Below the pieces are notes generated by a model, which was not told the DNA's origin, searched no databases, and saw nothing but the letters and a program-made list of their open reading frames with translations. Below, in pieces: positions 1 through 8,633 of a stretch of 55,427 nt of DNA. The stretch spans positions 1-55,427 of the forward strand of contig SLKS01000018.1 of the NCBI GenBank assembly GCA_007134465.1. Direction: 5' to 3'. Source of the DNA: Kiritimatiellia bacterium (GTDB lineage Bacteria; Verrucomicrobiota; Kiritimatiellia; UBA8416; SLMC01). The position numbers and the translations under genes are program-made. Every line of letters begins with the position of its first letter. Within the stretch, counting starts at the first letter, position 1.

Positions 1-68
1 CGCACTCAAAATGTTCGGAATGGCAGAGCGCTTCTATTGGTATCGCCCGTGAACGGTTCCAGTTTTTT

Positions 69-168
69 AAGGCTCTTGCAAAACCTTTCGTGGCATGGGC
101 GTCCCGCCCATGAAACACGGGCAAGATGCCCGTGCCACAGCAGCAGGCAAAGGGTTTTGCAAGAACCT
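69..168. repeat. Palindromic structured repeat, family A, copy 1
   Basis: Outer arms GGCTCTTGCAAAACC / GGTTTTGCAAGAACCT enclose GTGGCA-[TGGGCG tcc CGCCCA]-tgaaa-[CACGGGCA aga TGCCCGTG]-CCAC. Confidence 0.7.
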
Positions 169-262
169 CTTCCTGCTTGCGTTTTGAAAGCGGTTCTTTC
201 GGGGCAAAACCGAACCGGCGGATTCGTGAGTTTTCACGGCGGCGTCCACACCATGGCGTCGT

Positions 263-1942
263 TCACGCCCCGCGCCGGCGGACGGCCAGGCCCTTGGCCT
301 CGACCATGGCGGCCAGCATGCGGTCGGGATCGGCAAGCGACTCGACGAAGACGATGTCGGCCGACAGGCTTTGGATGGCGGCGCCGTCCTGTTCGGCGAG
401 CGCAACCACGGCGGCGGAGGGGCGCAATTTGACGATGGCGCGCAGCAGGCTTTCTCGTTCCTGGCCCAGCAGCGCGCGGTCAATGATCACGGCGTCCAGC
501 GCCATATCCTTTTCGGCGTGAGCGAGGACGGCCATGACGTTGTCCACCTCGAAAACGTCGGCTCGGCAAGACGCCAGCCGTATTTTAAGCTGCTGCGCGC
601 TGTGGCGGCCCGGCGCGAGGGCCAGCAACACCGACCATTGCGCAATGTAAGCGTCATATTCTCCGGCGGCGCCAGTCGGCTCGCCGCCCTCGGCCGTCAA
701 GGCGCCATAGGGCAAGCCCACCCGGTATTGCGGCTGACCCTGTTCGCCGCGCAGCGCCTCGAATGTGCCGCCGGCATCTTCGATCATGGAGCGGATCACC
801 GACAGGATCACGCCGGATTCCGTTGTGTCGGCCGAGACGGATGGGCGCCGCTCGGTCTGCGGGGTCGCCGCTGTTTCGCTTCCGCCCACGAGTACCGCGC
901 CGGCGAACGTGCTGCCGATGTCGAAGGGGAAGGCGGAACCGGGCGGACGAATCGCAATGCGAATGACGCCGGGGCGTGGCATGGCGTCCGCGCAGAGCAA
1001 GGCCAAGTTGACGACAATCTGCTCGATTTGCACTCCGGTGAAAGACACCGGCGCCACGGGCTGGAGATCGGTTTCGACGGTCCAGGCGGCGGAGAGGCTG
1101 TCGCGTACGCGTTCCGCCGCCACGGCCAGATATTCGTGGCACACGTCCGTGGACGCGGCCACGCGCGGAGGCTGGGCAAGTTCGCGCAGATGCGCGGCCA
1201 GGGCGATGCCTTTGTCGGCCTTGCGCACGATTTGTTCGATGGCCGCCTGGGTTTCGGCGGAATCCTGCGGCAGATGCCGCAGCAGCGAAGCCTGGCCGGA
1301 CATGGCGCAGAGCAGTTCGTTGAAATCGTGCGCCACACCGCGCGCGATCTGGCCGATCAGTTGCAGCCGGGCCGCCTGCCGGTTGCGCGCGATCTGCACG
1401 TTCATGGCCGTGACGTCGCTGATCATGACCAGCGTCAGCCCTTCGGACGGCTGCGAACGGAGCCGATAGGTTTTGCCGCTGCCGTTCGGGCGCCACTCGC
1501 ATTCGTGCGGGCTTCGTTCGCTGGCCAGCGCTCGCGCTTCCGGTTCCGGCAGCCCCGCCAGCGCTTCGGACAGCGTCAAATCGTTGAGCGCGTCCCGCCC
1601 GGCGATGGCTGCCGCCGCCGGATTGGACCCGGTGATGCGTCCTTTGGGGTCCAAAGAAACCAATCCGTCGCTGAGATAGTTCATGGCGTCCACGAACCGG
1701 CCCACGCGGCGGCGGCCTTCGGCTTCGGCGGAAAACCGCACCGCCCACAGGCCGAACGCGCCGGCGATCATCATGAAGCCGAGCGTGAGGGAAAACATCA
1801 GAATGGTGACAATATGGAAATGCTCCTGAGCCAGCCGCTCCTCGAGAAAGGCAAGGATCGAACGCACCGTGACCGTCGCGATGGCGAACAGCGCGATTAG
1901 CAGGAGCGCGTAGCGAAAAGCTTCTTTCGGCATCGGTTTCAT
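263..1942 (-). CDS. Sensor histidine kinase (N-terminal TM helices, PAS-like region, HisKA H-box, degenerate HATPase, C-terminal receiver-like domain)
   Basis: ORF 263..1990. It has the H-box ARGVAHDFNELLCAM, hydrophobic N-terminus and a receiver-like tail (AVIIDRALL...VVALAEQ). Start trimmed to MKPMPKE because upstream codons run into palindromic repeat A2. Confidence 0.7.
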   Translation of the reverse strand: MKPMPKEAFRYALLLIALFAIATVTVRSILAFLEERLAQEHFHIVTILMFSLTLGFMMIAGAFGLWAVRFSAEAEGRRRVGRFVDAMNYLSDGLVSLDPKGRITGSNPAAAAIAGRDALNDLTLSEALAGLPEPEARALASERSPHECEWRPNGSGKTYRLRSQPSEGLTLVMISDVTAMNVQIARNRQAARLQLIGQIARGVAHDFNELLCAMSGQASLLRHLPQDSAETQAAIEQIVRKADKGIALAAHLRELAQPPRVAASTDVCHEYLAVAAERVRDSLSAAWTVETDLQPVAPVSFTGVQIEQIVVNLALLCADAMPRPGVIRIAIRPPGSAFPFDIGSTFAGAVLVGGSETAATPQTERRPSVSADTTESGVILSVIRSMIEDAGGTFEALRGEQGQPQYRVGLPYGALTAEGGEPTGAAGEYDAYIAQWSVLLALAPGRHSAQQLKIRLASCRADVFEVDNVMAVLAHAEKDMALDAVIIDRALLGQERESLLRAIVKLRPSAAVVALAEQDGAAIQSLSADIVFVESLADPDRMLAAMVEAKGLAVRRRGA

Positions 1943-1962
1943 AGGCAGGCGGTCAATGATTC

Positions 1963-2077
1963 TAGAGGCTCTTGCAAAACCCCGGCGCAAGGAGGGATGG
2001 CAGAGTAGACGAGGCGTCCCGCCTCGTCAAAACGCGGCGAGACGCCGCGTCTACCATGGGGTTTGCAAGAGCCTCTA
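1963..2077. repeat. Palindromic structured repeat, family A, copy 2
   Basis: Outer arms TAGAGGCTCTTGCAAAACCCC / GGGGTTTGCAAGAGCCTCTA enclose GTAGAC-[GAGGCG tcc CGCCTC]-gtcaaaa-[CGCGGCG aga CGCCGCG]-TCTAC. Confidence 0.75.
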
Positions 2078-2099
2078 TAAAGCTCGGAATAACCCCTTC

Positions 2100-2135
2100 A
2101 CCAGCAATTCGCACTATGGCATCCGGACGCGCCGC
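2100..2135 (+). repeat. Short dispersed repeat, family C, copy 1
   Basis: ACCAGCAATTCGCACTATGGCATCCGGACGCGCC. Matches 8599-8633 with 2-3 mismatches. Confidence 0.6.
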
Positions 2136-2585
2136 TGAAGCGGCGGAATAGCTTCCGGCTGAAGCCGGGACTCTGACAAAACGAGCCGGAGAGCCGCCTT
2201 TAGATCAATGACAACCATGTCCTTGCCCTTTCCGTACGTGCGCGAAACGGTTTTGCTTTTCGCGCCCTCGCATCCGCAGGCATCGCAGGTTATGGAAACT
2301 GTATTCATAGCGTGGCAATCGCCGGATTGTTTTCGCAACCGTTCGTTCAAGCGGGTCGCGTAAGTGTATCCGAGCAAGGGTGGCGTTGAAGGGTACGCTT
2401 AAGAAAGCGATCAAGTGTTCGGAACGCCTGCCTTATAGCAGACAGGCCGAAGGCGCTCTTACACTTACCCGTACACTTGATCGCACACTTGATCCCCACG
2501 CTTTATCGGTTACGCTTAAACGACCCGCTTTGTCGTTCTTGGTTTCCCTTTGCGAACTTTCTTGCGCTTCGCCTTTCTCTTCCTT

Positions 2586-4460
2586 CTACCTTCGGCGCAG
2601 GGCACGATTGCGCGCGCGGCGGTCGTCGGAGTCCAGTGCGGTTTGCAGCTTCACCCGTTCCTGTTCCCGCTGCATGCGAATCAGATCCGAACGCATCATT
2701 TCCCTATGCGTGAGGTCGGTGTTCTGCGGGAGTCCGTCGGACGGATCCATTGTGTCGGGCATGGCCAGGCCGACCGTCACGAAGATAATCGTTTCCTTCT
2801 GCGAACGGACGGTGCGCTGATGCGAGAACAGATACTTGCCGATAATCGGAATGTCGCCCAGCAAAGGCACTTTTTTGGTTTCCTCGCGGTCTTCGGTTTC
2901 CGTCAGGCCGCCGATCGCCACGGTCTTGCCGCTTTCCAGGCAGAACATCGTTTGAATCGTCTTGGTGGACACGATCGGATAGCGCGTACGGCCGTCGGGC
3001 GCGATGTCGTAGCCGGCCAGCCGGGTCAGCTCGGGCGAGATGCGTACGGTAATGTTGCTCATCGTGTTGACGGTTGGCGTCACGGTGAGTTTCACGCCCA
3101 GGTCCACAGGAGCGCCGGGACGGTACACGACGCGCGCGTCGGTCCGTTCCGTGGCCGGGATGATCTCGGCATCGAATGGCCGTTCGGTCTGGCCGATATG
3201 GATCACCGCCGACTCCTCGTTGGCCACGATGATCTTCGGGTTCGACACCACCGATACGCCGTTCACCTGCTGCAGCGCGCTCAGCGTCAGCCGGAAATCG
3301 TCCGCGCTCAAAATGGCCGACCGCATGTCCGTGGAGGTGCGGGTGAAGGTGTCGCCGGCCACCGACCGGTAATCCTGGCCCAGTTCGGTCCGGTCAATCA
3401 TTTCACGCGTCGGCGTGATGCGGTCTTGCGCCGTGTACACGCCCGAGCCCGGGGGCGACTCCGTCCATTCCCGGCTTTCTTCCTGATAAGGCGTGCCATA
3501 CAAATCGTACAACTGCGTTGTCTGATCCTGATTGCCGCGTTCGTCCCAACGGGTCAGACCGTCTTCGCGAGTGCGCCCCCATTCGCGCTGCTGGTTAACC
3601 CGCCAAGTCATGCCGCCGACGCCCATGCTGTAGCCTTGCAGAACCTGCCAGTTGATGCCGAGGTCCTTGATGGCGGCGTCGTCCAGCTCCATGAATTTGG
3701 CTTCGATAAAGACCTGATCGCGGAAGGTGTCTATGCTGGTGACGAGCTTGCGGATGTCGGCCAGGTTGCCGCGGGTGGAGCGGATCACCATGGCGTTGCG
3801 CGAAGGGAACGGCGACAGCGTTCCGCCTGCGCGCATCATGGATTTCACGACCGGATACACGTCGCTGACCTTCGCGTAGTCGAGGAAGAGCGTCTCGACT
3901 TCCATCGGCTCCGGCGCTTCGGGGTCCTTGGCCACGATGCTGTAGACCTCGATGCCCGGCATGGTTTCCCGGAGCTGCAGGTTGTGCATGTCGAGGATGG
4001 ATTCGAGAGCGGGTTTCCATTCCACGTTCGAAAGGTTCACCGTCACGCGCCCCGTAAGGTTCGTAGGCACGGACAGGATATTCGCGCCGGACAGCGTGGT
4101 GAACATTTCGACCACGGCGATGAGTTCCACGTCGCGCAGGGTGATGTTGATGAGATTCTCGTCTTCGTCGCTCACCGTCGCTTTCGTGTCCGGCGTTTCC
4201 GGGACCGGCACGACCTCGACCACCTCGACCGGCGGCAGCGCGTTGGCGGTCGGCGCGGGTTCGGGCTCGACGGCCTCTTCGGGCAGGAGTTCCGCCGCAG
4301 GTTCCGGTTCCGGCTCCGGCGCCACCAGCTCGTTCCAGTCGGCCGGTTGCGCCTCGTCCGCCGTCGGCGCCGCCTCCTGCGCCGTCACGGTAAAGATGCC
4401 CAGCAGGACGAACCCTGTGACCGTCAGCCCTGCCAATTGCAGTTGTATAGTCTTTTTCAT
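2586..4460 (-). CDS. pilQ: Type IV pilus secretin PilQ (GspD/PilQ secretin family)
   Basis: ORF 2586..4544. Secretin C-domain motifs are VSNPKIIVANEESAVIHIG and KVPLLGDIPIIGKYLFS. Signal peptide starts at MKKTIQLQLAGLTV (4460) with a GGGGAGG RBS. It is the last gene of the pilMNOPQ block. Confidence 0.9.
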   Translation of the reverse strand: MKKTIQLQLAGLTVTGFVLLGIFTVTAQEAAPTADEAQPADWNELVAPEPEPEPAAELLPEEAVEPEPAPTANALPPVEVVEVVPVPETPDTKATVSDEDENLINITLRDVELIAVVEMFTTLSGANILSVPTNLTGRVTVNLSNVEWKPALESILDMHNLQLRETMPGIEVYSIVAKDPEAPEPMEVETLFLDYAKVSDVYPVVKSMMRAGGTLSPFPSRNAMVIRSTRGNLADIRKLVTSIDTFRDQVFIEAKFMELDDAAIKDLGINWQVLQGYSMGVGGMTWRVNQQREWGRTREDGLTRWDERGNQDQTTQLYDLYGTPYQEESREWTESPPGSGVYTAQDRITPTREMIDRTELGQDYRSVAGDTFTRTSTDMRSAILSADDFRLTLSALQQVNGVSVVSNPKIIVANEESAVIHIGQTERPFDAEIIPATERTDARVVYRPGAPVDLGVKLTVTPTVNTMSNITVRISPELTRLAGYDIAPDGRTRYPIVSTKTIQTMFCLESGKTVAIGGLTETEDREETKKVPLLGDIPIIGKYLFSHQRTVRSQKETIIFVTVGLAMPDTMDPSDGLPQNTDLTHREMMRSDLIRMQREQERVKLQTALDSDDRRARNRALRRR

Positions 4461-4506
4461 GATGGACCTCCCCGAATGGCAACAAATGAATTTAACAGGC
4501 GCATTC

Positions 4507-4956
4507 TTATGGATCTGGAGTTTGATCGACAACCCTGATTTCAATTCTTGCTATGTTTCCCGCCCTGTCCGTTATGGAAATCGGAAATCTGCCGGCATCC
4601 CATATGTCCTGAGTCACTCTAAACGTGCCTACAGGTCGCGAGGTGTTGGACATAATGCCCAGTTCATGGGTCAGGCCAAGCAATTCCCAGTTCCCGTAGG
4701 GCATTTGTCCTCCGCGTACCCGAAGCCTGACCTCCGTTCCAATCAAATCGGCGGGATCCCCTCCGTGCGCCAGAACCAAGTCGTCCAACGGCTCGATGTA
4801 CAGCACGGCTTTGATATCCGACCGGTACGGATTATCTTCCAGATAGCGGCTTGCGCCGCTGCCGTCCTTGTCTTTTTCGCATCCGGTGAGGGCTGCGAGC
4901 GCGCCTGCGAGGACGGCGACGGATGCCAGCCCGGCCAGCCATGTTGGTGTTCTCAT
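4507..4956 (-). CDS. Lipoprotein of unknown function embedded in the pilus operon
   Basis: 149-aa ORF with a signal peptide and lipobox (LAALTGC). It sits between the PilP-like gene and pilQ. No family recognised. Confidence 0.6.
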   Translation of the reverse strand: MRTPTWLAGLASVAVLAGALAALTGCEKDKDGSGASRYLEDNPYRSDIKAVLYIEPLDDLVLAHGGDPADLIGTEVRLRVRGGQMPYGNWELLGLTHELGIMSNTSRPVGTFRVTQDIWDAGRFPISITDRAGNIARIEIRVVDQTPDP

Positions 4957-5190
4957 CGTGAACCTCCTCCGTTAGTGTTGCGGAAACCTATCATTTTGTT
5001 TGCGTTACGACAACAATAAAAAATTGCCGCCCACAATCCTCTGTCTGCGGCCGGCGTGGAAGTCGGCCATCCATTGGCGAAAACGAGCGATTCAGATGGA
5101 CTTCTGGAGGGTCGGGTTCCACCCCGCCCTTTCTTCCAAGAGATTAGCGTTTTTTCGCGTTCGTTAGCGGTTCAAGCGCTCCATATAGAC

Positions 5191-5970
5191 TCACAAGTCT
5201 CCGGGGGATTCGACATATGGTATGCGCTCGTCTTCGCGGCCGACTTCGGCCATGTCCTTGCGGCGCAAGGCTATGTTCTTCTCGAACACGTCTACGACAT
5301 CCCAGCGATAGATCGTTCCCTGGCTGCGGACTTCGAGAATGTCACCGGCCTGTACGACCTGCATGAAACCGCCCTCGGCGCCGATCATGGCGATGCGCCG
5401 GTCGCCCCGGCGCGCGATGGAAAGGATGCGCAGCGGCGGCCATTGGTCGGGAGCGACGCTGGGCGGAGGGGGCGCTTCTTCCTTCTCCTCTTCCGGTTCT
5501 TCTTCCGGCTCTTCTTCCGGCTCTTCAGGGGGATGCAGATCGGGCTTCACGTAGCCGACGGGCCAGAAAGGGTCGCGCTCGGGCAAGGTTTCGATCCAGG
5601 GCGCAGGTTCTTCCACTGTTTCGACCGGTTCCGCCTGTTCGGTGTCGGAAGAAGCGTGTCGAGTGTCGGGTGTCGAGGGAAGCGTGTCGAGTGTCGGGTG
5701 TCGAGTGTCGGGTGTCGCGCCTTCGGGAAGGCTGGAGGGAACAGGCTTGTCTACCGCTCCGTTTTCGTCCGCGCGGGCGAACGTGGAAAGGAGCATTGCG
5801 ACGCACAGCGCGGCCGGCAGGAACAGAAGTCTGTTGCGTGTATGTTTTTCACGCAGGATAATTGAACACCCGCTTCGCTCAAGGCAACGAAGGGAACAAA
5901 TATCTTCGCCCCCTTTTGTTTTCTTCGTTACCTTCTGTTCAATTCTTTGTTTTCCGGCGGCGAAGTTCAT
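5191..5970 (-). CDS. PilP-like pilus assembly protein with acidic/low-complexity linker
   Basis: ORF 5191..6024. The ATG at 5970 forms an ATGA overlap with the pilO stop. It has a hydrophobic segment LLFLPAALCVAMLLSTFARA and an EEPEEEPEEEPEEEKEE stretch. The C-terminal beta-domain (WPPLRILSIARRGDRRIAMIGAEGGFMQVVQAGDILE) resembles the PilP/GspC HR domain. Start is uncertain (see findings). Confidence 0.6.
   Translation of the reverse strand: MNFAAGKQRIEQKVTKKTKGGEDICSLRCLERSGCSIILREKHTRNRLLFLPAALCVAMLLSTFARADENGAVDKPVPSSLPEGATPDTRHPTLDTLPSTPDTRHASSDTEQAEPVETVEEPAPWIETLPERDPFWPVGYVKPDLHPPEEPEEEPEEEPEEEKEEAPPPPSVAPDQWPPLRILSIARRGDRRIAMIGAEGGFMQVVQAGDILEVRSQGTIYRWDVVDVFEKNIALRRKDMAEVGREDERIPYVESPGDL
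5640..5720. repeat. Imperfect tandem repeat inside the PilP-like gene
   Basis: Reiterated GTGTCGAGTGTCGGGTGTCGAG units encode PDTRHPTLDT / PDTRHASSDT. Confidence 0.6.
5862..5945 (-). repeat. Dispersed palindromic repeat, family B, copy 1 (inverted relative to B2/B3)
   Basis: The reverse complement GAATTGAACAGAAGGTAACGAAG...CCCTTCGTTGCCTTGAGCGAAGCGGGTGTTCAA aligns with 20767-20853 and 21666-21744. Confidence 0.75.
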
Positions 5971-6623
5971 GGCGTGATGGACTCCAGTTCCTTGCGGAAA
6001 TCGTCGTCGCGCCAGATCGGCCATTGAACGACGAACGAAACATCGTGCTGCGGCAAGGCGTCGGTTGTCGGCCTGCGATCGGCGGAGACGGTCAGGGCCG
6101 TAACGGTGACGAACGGATCGCTGGTTTCGATGGCCCGCAAGACGTTGGCGATGTCGTGCAAGCCGGCTTTGAATGCGAGTCGAACGCTGTAGGACCAGAC
6201 CAGGTCGCGTACGGGGTCGCCGCCGCGCGCCGGTTCGATCGCGCTTCGTCCTGATCTTCCGCCATGTTCCGCTATGGTGGGCATGGGCAATCCTGCGCTT
6301 TGGAACCAGGTCTGGACCTGTTCGGTCGCGCCCAGGAGCAGGTTGCCGCCCAGTTGCGGCTCCAGCAGATGGCGCTTGGAATATTCGCGGATTTGTTCGA
6401 GAATTTCGCGGTTTCGCTGTTCGTCGCCACGCGCGTGGTTTACGACAGGCCTGGCTTCGCGAATCTGCCGTTCCAGCACGGCAATTCGCGCGCGCCGCTC
6501 TCTGCGGGGCGCCATCAGCGCGCGCGACACGCCCAGGAACAGACCGTATCCCGCCAGCGCCGCGACGATGACGAGCAAAACGATGATCTGCGTCCGTTCT
6601 TTTTTGTTTTCCGGCAGTTTCAT
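5967..6623 (-). CDS. pilO: Type IV pilus assembly protein PilO
   Basis: ORF 5967..6653. MKLPENKKERTQIIVLLVIVAALAGYGLF is a TM anchor, followed by coiled coil. The ATG at 6623 overlaps the pilN stop (ATGA). Gene order also supports the call. Confidence 0.75.
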   Translation of the reverse strand: MKLPENKKERTQIIVLLVIVAALAGYGLFLGVSRALMAPRRERRARIAVLERQIREARPVVNHARGDEQRNREILEQIREYSKRHLLEPQLGGNLLLGATEQVQTWFQSAGLPMPTIAEHGGRSGRSAIEPARGGDPVRDLVWSYSVRLAFKAGLHDIANVLRAIETSDPFVTVTALTVSADRRPTTDALPQHDVSFVVQWPIWRDDDFRKELESITP

Positions 6624-7243
6624 GGCTTGAAAGGTCTCGGATGATACTCGCACTCGATGTCGAACCTGCGATCGGTCTCCAAGGCGTCTTCAGAAGTATC
6701 GGCTCTTCCGCTCATGGTCACGGATTTGACCAGGGTGGCGAACGGTTCGGTTGTTCGGAACAGATCCTCCAGCCGTTCAATGATGGTTCGGGATTCGGTT
6801 GCGTCGGATCCTCGGGCGCGGCCCGATATGAGAAAATTGGTTTCCCGCGCGCGATCCCGTCCGGCATGGCTAATGGTCTGGACATAGTTGAACTGAGTGA
6901 TTTGAATTGTTTCGGGCACGATGGCCATGATGACCGCCAACTGTTCGTGAAGCGTCAGTTTTGTTTCCGGCCAGCTTTCCAGCGCATGGAGAATGGCCCT
7001 ATGGCGCGCGACTTGGCGACTGCGCTCCAGCGCCGCGTCCCGTTGCGGCTCCAGAATCCGCCATTGCGTTTCCAAGTCCGTCGCGCGCATGCCCATGCGC
7101 ATCGTGCCCAGCACGGAGAAGACGACGATGAGGCCGAGCAGGACGGGAACGGCGATCAGCGCCAGCCGACGCATCAGCTTCAGGCTCAACACGCTGGCGC
7201 TGCGTTGCTCCGATTCCAGAATAAGATCGATGCGGAGGTTCAT
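6620..7243 (-). CDS. pilN: Type IV pilus assembly protein PilN
   Basis: ORF 6620..7456. The real start MNLRIDLILESEQ at 7243 overlaps the pilM stop (ATGA). It has a single TM (LALIAVPVLLGLIVVFSVLG), typical of PilN. Confidence 0.8.
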   Translation of the reverse strand: MNLRIDLILESEQRSASVLSLKLMRRLALIAVPVLLGLIVVFSVLGTMRMGMRATDLETQWRILEPQRDAALERSRQVARHRAILHALESWPETKLTLHEQLAVIMAIVPETIQITQFNYVQTISHAGRDRARETNFLISGRARGSDATESRTIIERLEDLFRTTEPFATLVKSVTMSGRADTSEDALETDRRFDIECEYHPRPFKP

Positions 7244-8268
7244 GTTTCCTCGAATACGGCCTGTCCGGCGCCGAGCGCCGCCGCGAGCCGCCACGGTTCC
7301 TTGGCCAGTTCTTCCGGCACGGCCCCGTCGGCCACGGTTGCGCCCTCGAGCGGGTTCCATTCTTTTGGCTCGATATTGATTTCGGAACGAATTTCGTTCA
7401 CGACGTCGTTGGACTTGGCCAGCGACCCGGAAAACGACAGTGTTGCGATTTTGCAATCCTCGCGTCGTTCAACGAAATCGCGCGAGACTTTCATCTGCTT
7501 GGCCAGCGGCGCAATCACCTCGCTTACCGCCTGGGAAATGTCGAACGCGCCGTCGGAAACAATGCCCTGCGCGACTTCCTCGTTCACGCCCAGAGATTCC
7601 ATGACTTTGGCTATGAGCGTCTGCGCGCCAACCGGGAAACGCCGGATCAGGGCCAGCGCCCCTTTGTTGAAAATGCCCAGCGTACAGGTGTCCATGCCGA
7701 AATGCAGAATGGCCGAGGCGTGCTCCTTGCCGGAATTGGGGGTGTTCAGAAAAGCCGTCATCATCGCCAAATCGGAGATTTCCAGGGAAAACGGCGCTGG
7801 AACGCCCGACGGCAGCAATTTGGGCAAACGACAGGATTCGGCTTCCGGCAAAGCGGCCATCAACACTTTCGATTCGGCTTTGCCGCGACCTGCGGCCGTG
7901 ATTTTATAGGAAATACGGTAGTTGTCCGGATTGTTCAGGCCGAGGCCCTGAACAGCTTTCTCTTCCTGTTCCGGCGTGAATTCGCCTGGGAAGCTGATGA
8001 GTTTGACAATGGCCGCACGGCTCGAAAGACACAGCGCCGCGTATTTCGCCTTGAGCTTGGCCGGCAAAGTCAAGGCCGGAACCGATTTGTCGTCGGGATT
8101 GTCGGGAAACGCTATGCCCGGCAACAGGTCGGCGGCCTGTACGGACGCTCCGCCGTCGGGTGTCCGGATCATGCGTACGGCCGTCACGGCGGACGGCTGA
8201 ATGTCCAGTCCGACAATATCTTGCGGCCCCCGCTTGAATCTCTCGAACATTGTTGTCAGCGAACCCAT
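7240..8268 (-). CDS. pilM: Type IV pilus assembly protein PilM (actin-like ATPase fold)
   Basis: 342-aa ORF with N-terminus IVGLDIQPSAVTAVRM, typical of PilM. It is the first gene of the pilMNOPQ block. Confidence 0.88.
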   Translation of the reverse strand: MGSLTTMFERFKRGPQDIVGLDIQPSAVTAVRMIRTPDGGASVQAADLLPGIAFPDNPDDKSVPALTLPAKLKAKYAALCLSSRAAIVKLISFPGEFTPEQEEKAVQGLGLNNPDNYRISYKITAAGRGKAESKVLMAALPEAESCRLPKLLPSGVPAPFSLEISDLAMMTAFLNTPNSGKEHASAILHFGMDTCTLGIFNKGALALIRRFPVGAQTLIAKVMESLGVNEEVAQGIVSDGAFDISQAVSEVIAPLAKQMKVSRDFVERREDCKIATLSFSGSLAKSNDVVNEIRSEINIEPKEWNPLEGATVADGAVPEELAKEPWRLAAALGAGQAVFEET

Positions 8269-8311
8269 GTGGAACTCCGAGCCCCTTTATCCCATACTCA
8301 AGGGACACTAT

Positions 8312-8328
8312 AAGCAATTTCCGTGCAA
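8312..8328 (-). promoter_or_regulatory. Weak sigma54-like / sigma70-like promoter candidate upstream of pilM
   Basis: The minus strand reads TTGCACGGAAATTGCTTATAGT. This matches TGGCAC-N5-TTGC except GG is TG. A TATAGT -10-like hexamer follows. It lies ~50 nt upstream of the pilM ATG. Confidence 0.2.
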
Positions 8329-8598
8329 CGCAACGAAAAAAAAGCGAAAAATTTTAGCATGCATAGGTTTCCATAGTGTTTCGCGCCCGGTTTTTCGGTG
8401 TGCGCTCCACTATATGTATGAACAGAGGGCGAAAAGCCAAAGATTCATGCCGCCTCAACATTTCTTGTTCGCACCCGGCAATTTTTTTCAAAAATGAAAA
8501 GGGGTGAGAGAGTCGTGATCTGTTCTCGCCTGCCTGCCGAAGGCTCGGCGCAGGCAGGAGCGCGAAGCCCGAAGGCCGTAGACATGGCGGGAGCGCGA

Positions 8599-8633
8599 AC
8601 CAGCAATTCGCATTATGGCATCCGGATGCGCCC
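8599..8633 (+). repeat. Short dispersed repeat, family C, copy 2
   Basis: ACCAGCAATTCGCATTATGGCATCCGGATGCGCCC. Confidence 0.6.

Noticed and set aside
371-1900. A 509-aa plus-strand ORF antisense to the histidine kinase. Similar long antisense or offset ORFs occur across the window, e.g. 2550..4538, 12506..13879, 16161..17432, 17342..18700, 23423..25015, 24934..26901, 26625..27848, 27935..29755, 33094..34599, 34691..35926, 36342..37526, 42629..43963 and 49423..50709.
   Set aside because: They are Arg/Gly/Ala/Pro-rich low-complexity translations without recognisable motifs. They lie opposite or out of frame to genes with clear family signatures. These are typical shadow ORFs of high-GC DNA.
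2114-2377. An 87-aa minus-strand ORF with a CxxCG motif (ITCDACGCEG) reminiscent of YgiT/MqsA-type zinc-finger antitoxins.
   Set aside because: Only one Cys pair is present and there is no HTH domain. Its 3' half is made of dispersed repeat C1 and neighbouring repeat modules. No toxin partner is present. This is insufficient evidence for a gene call.
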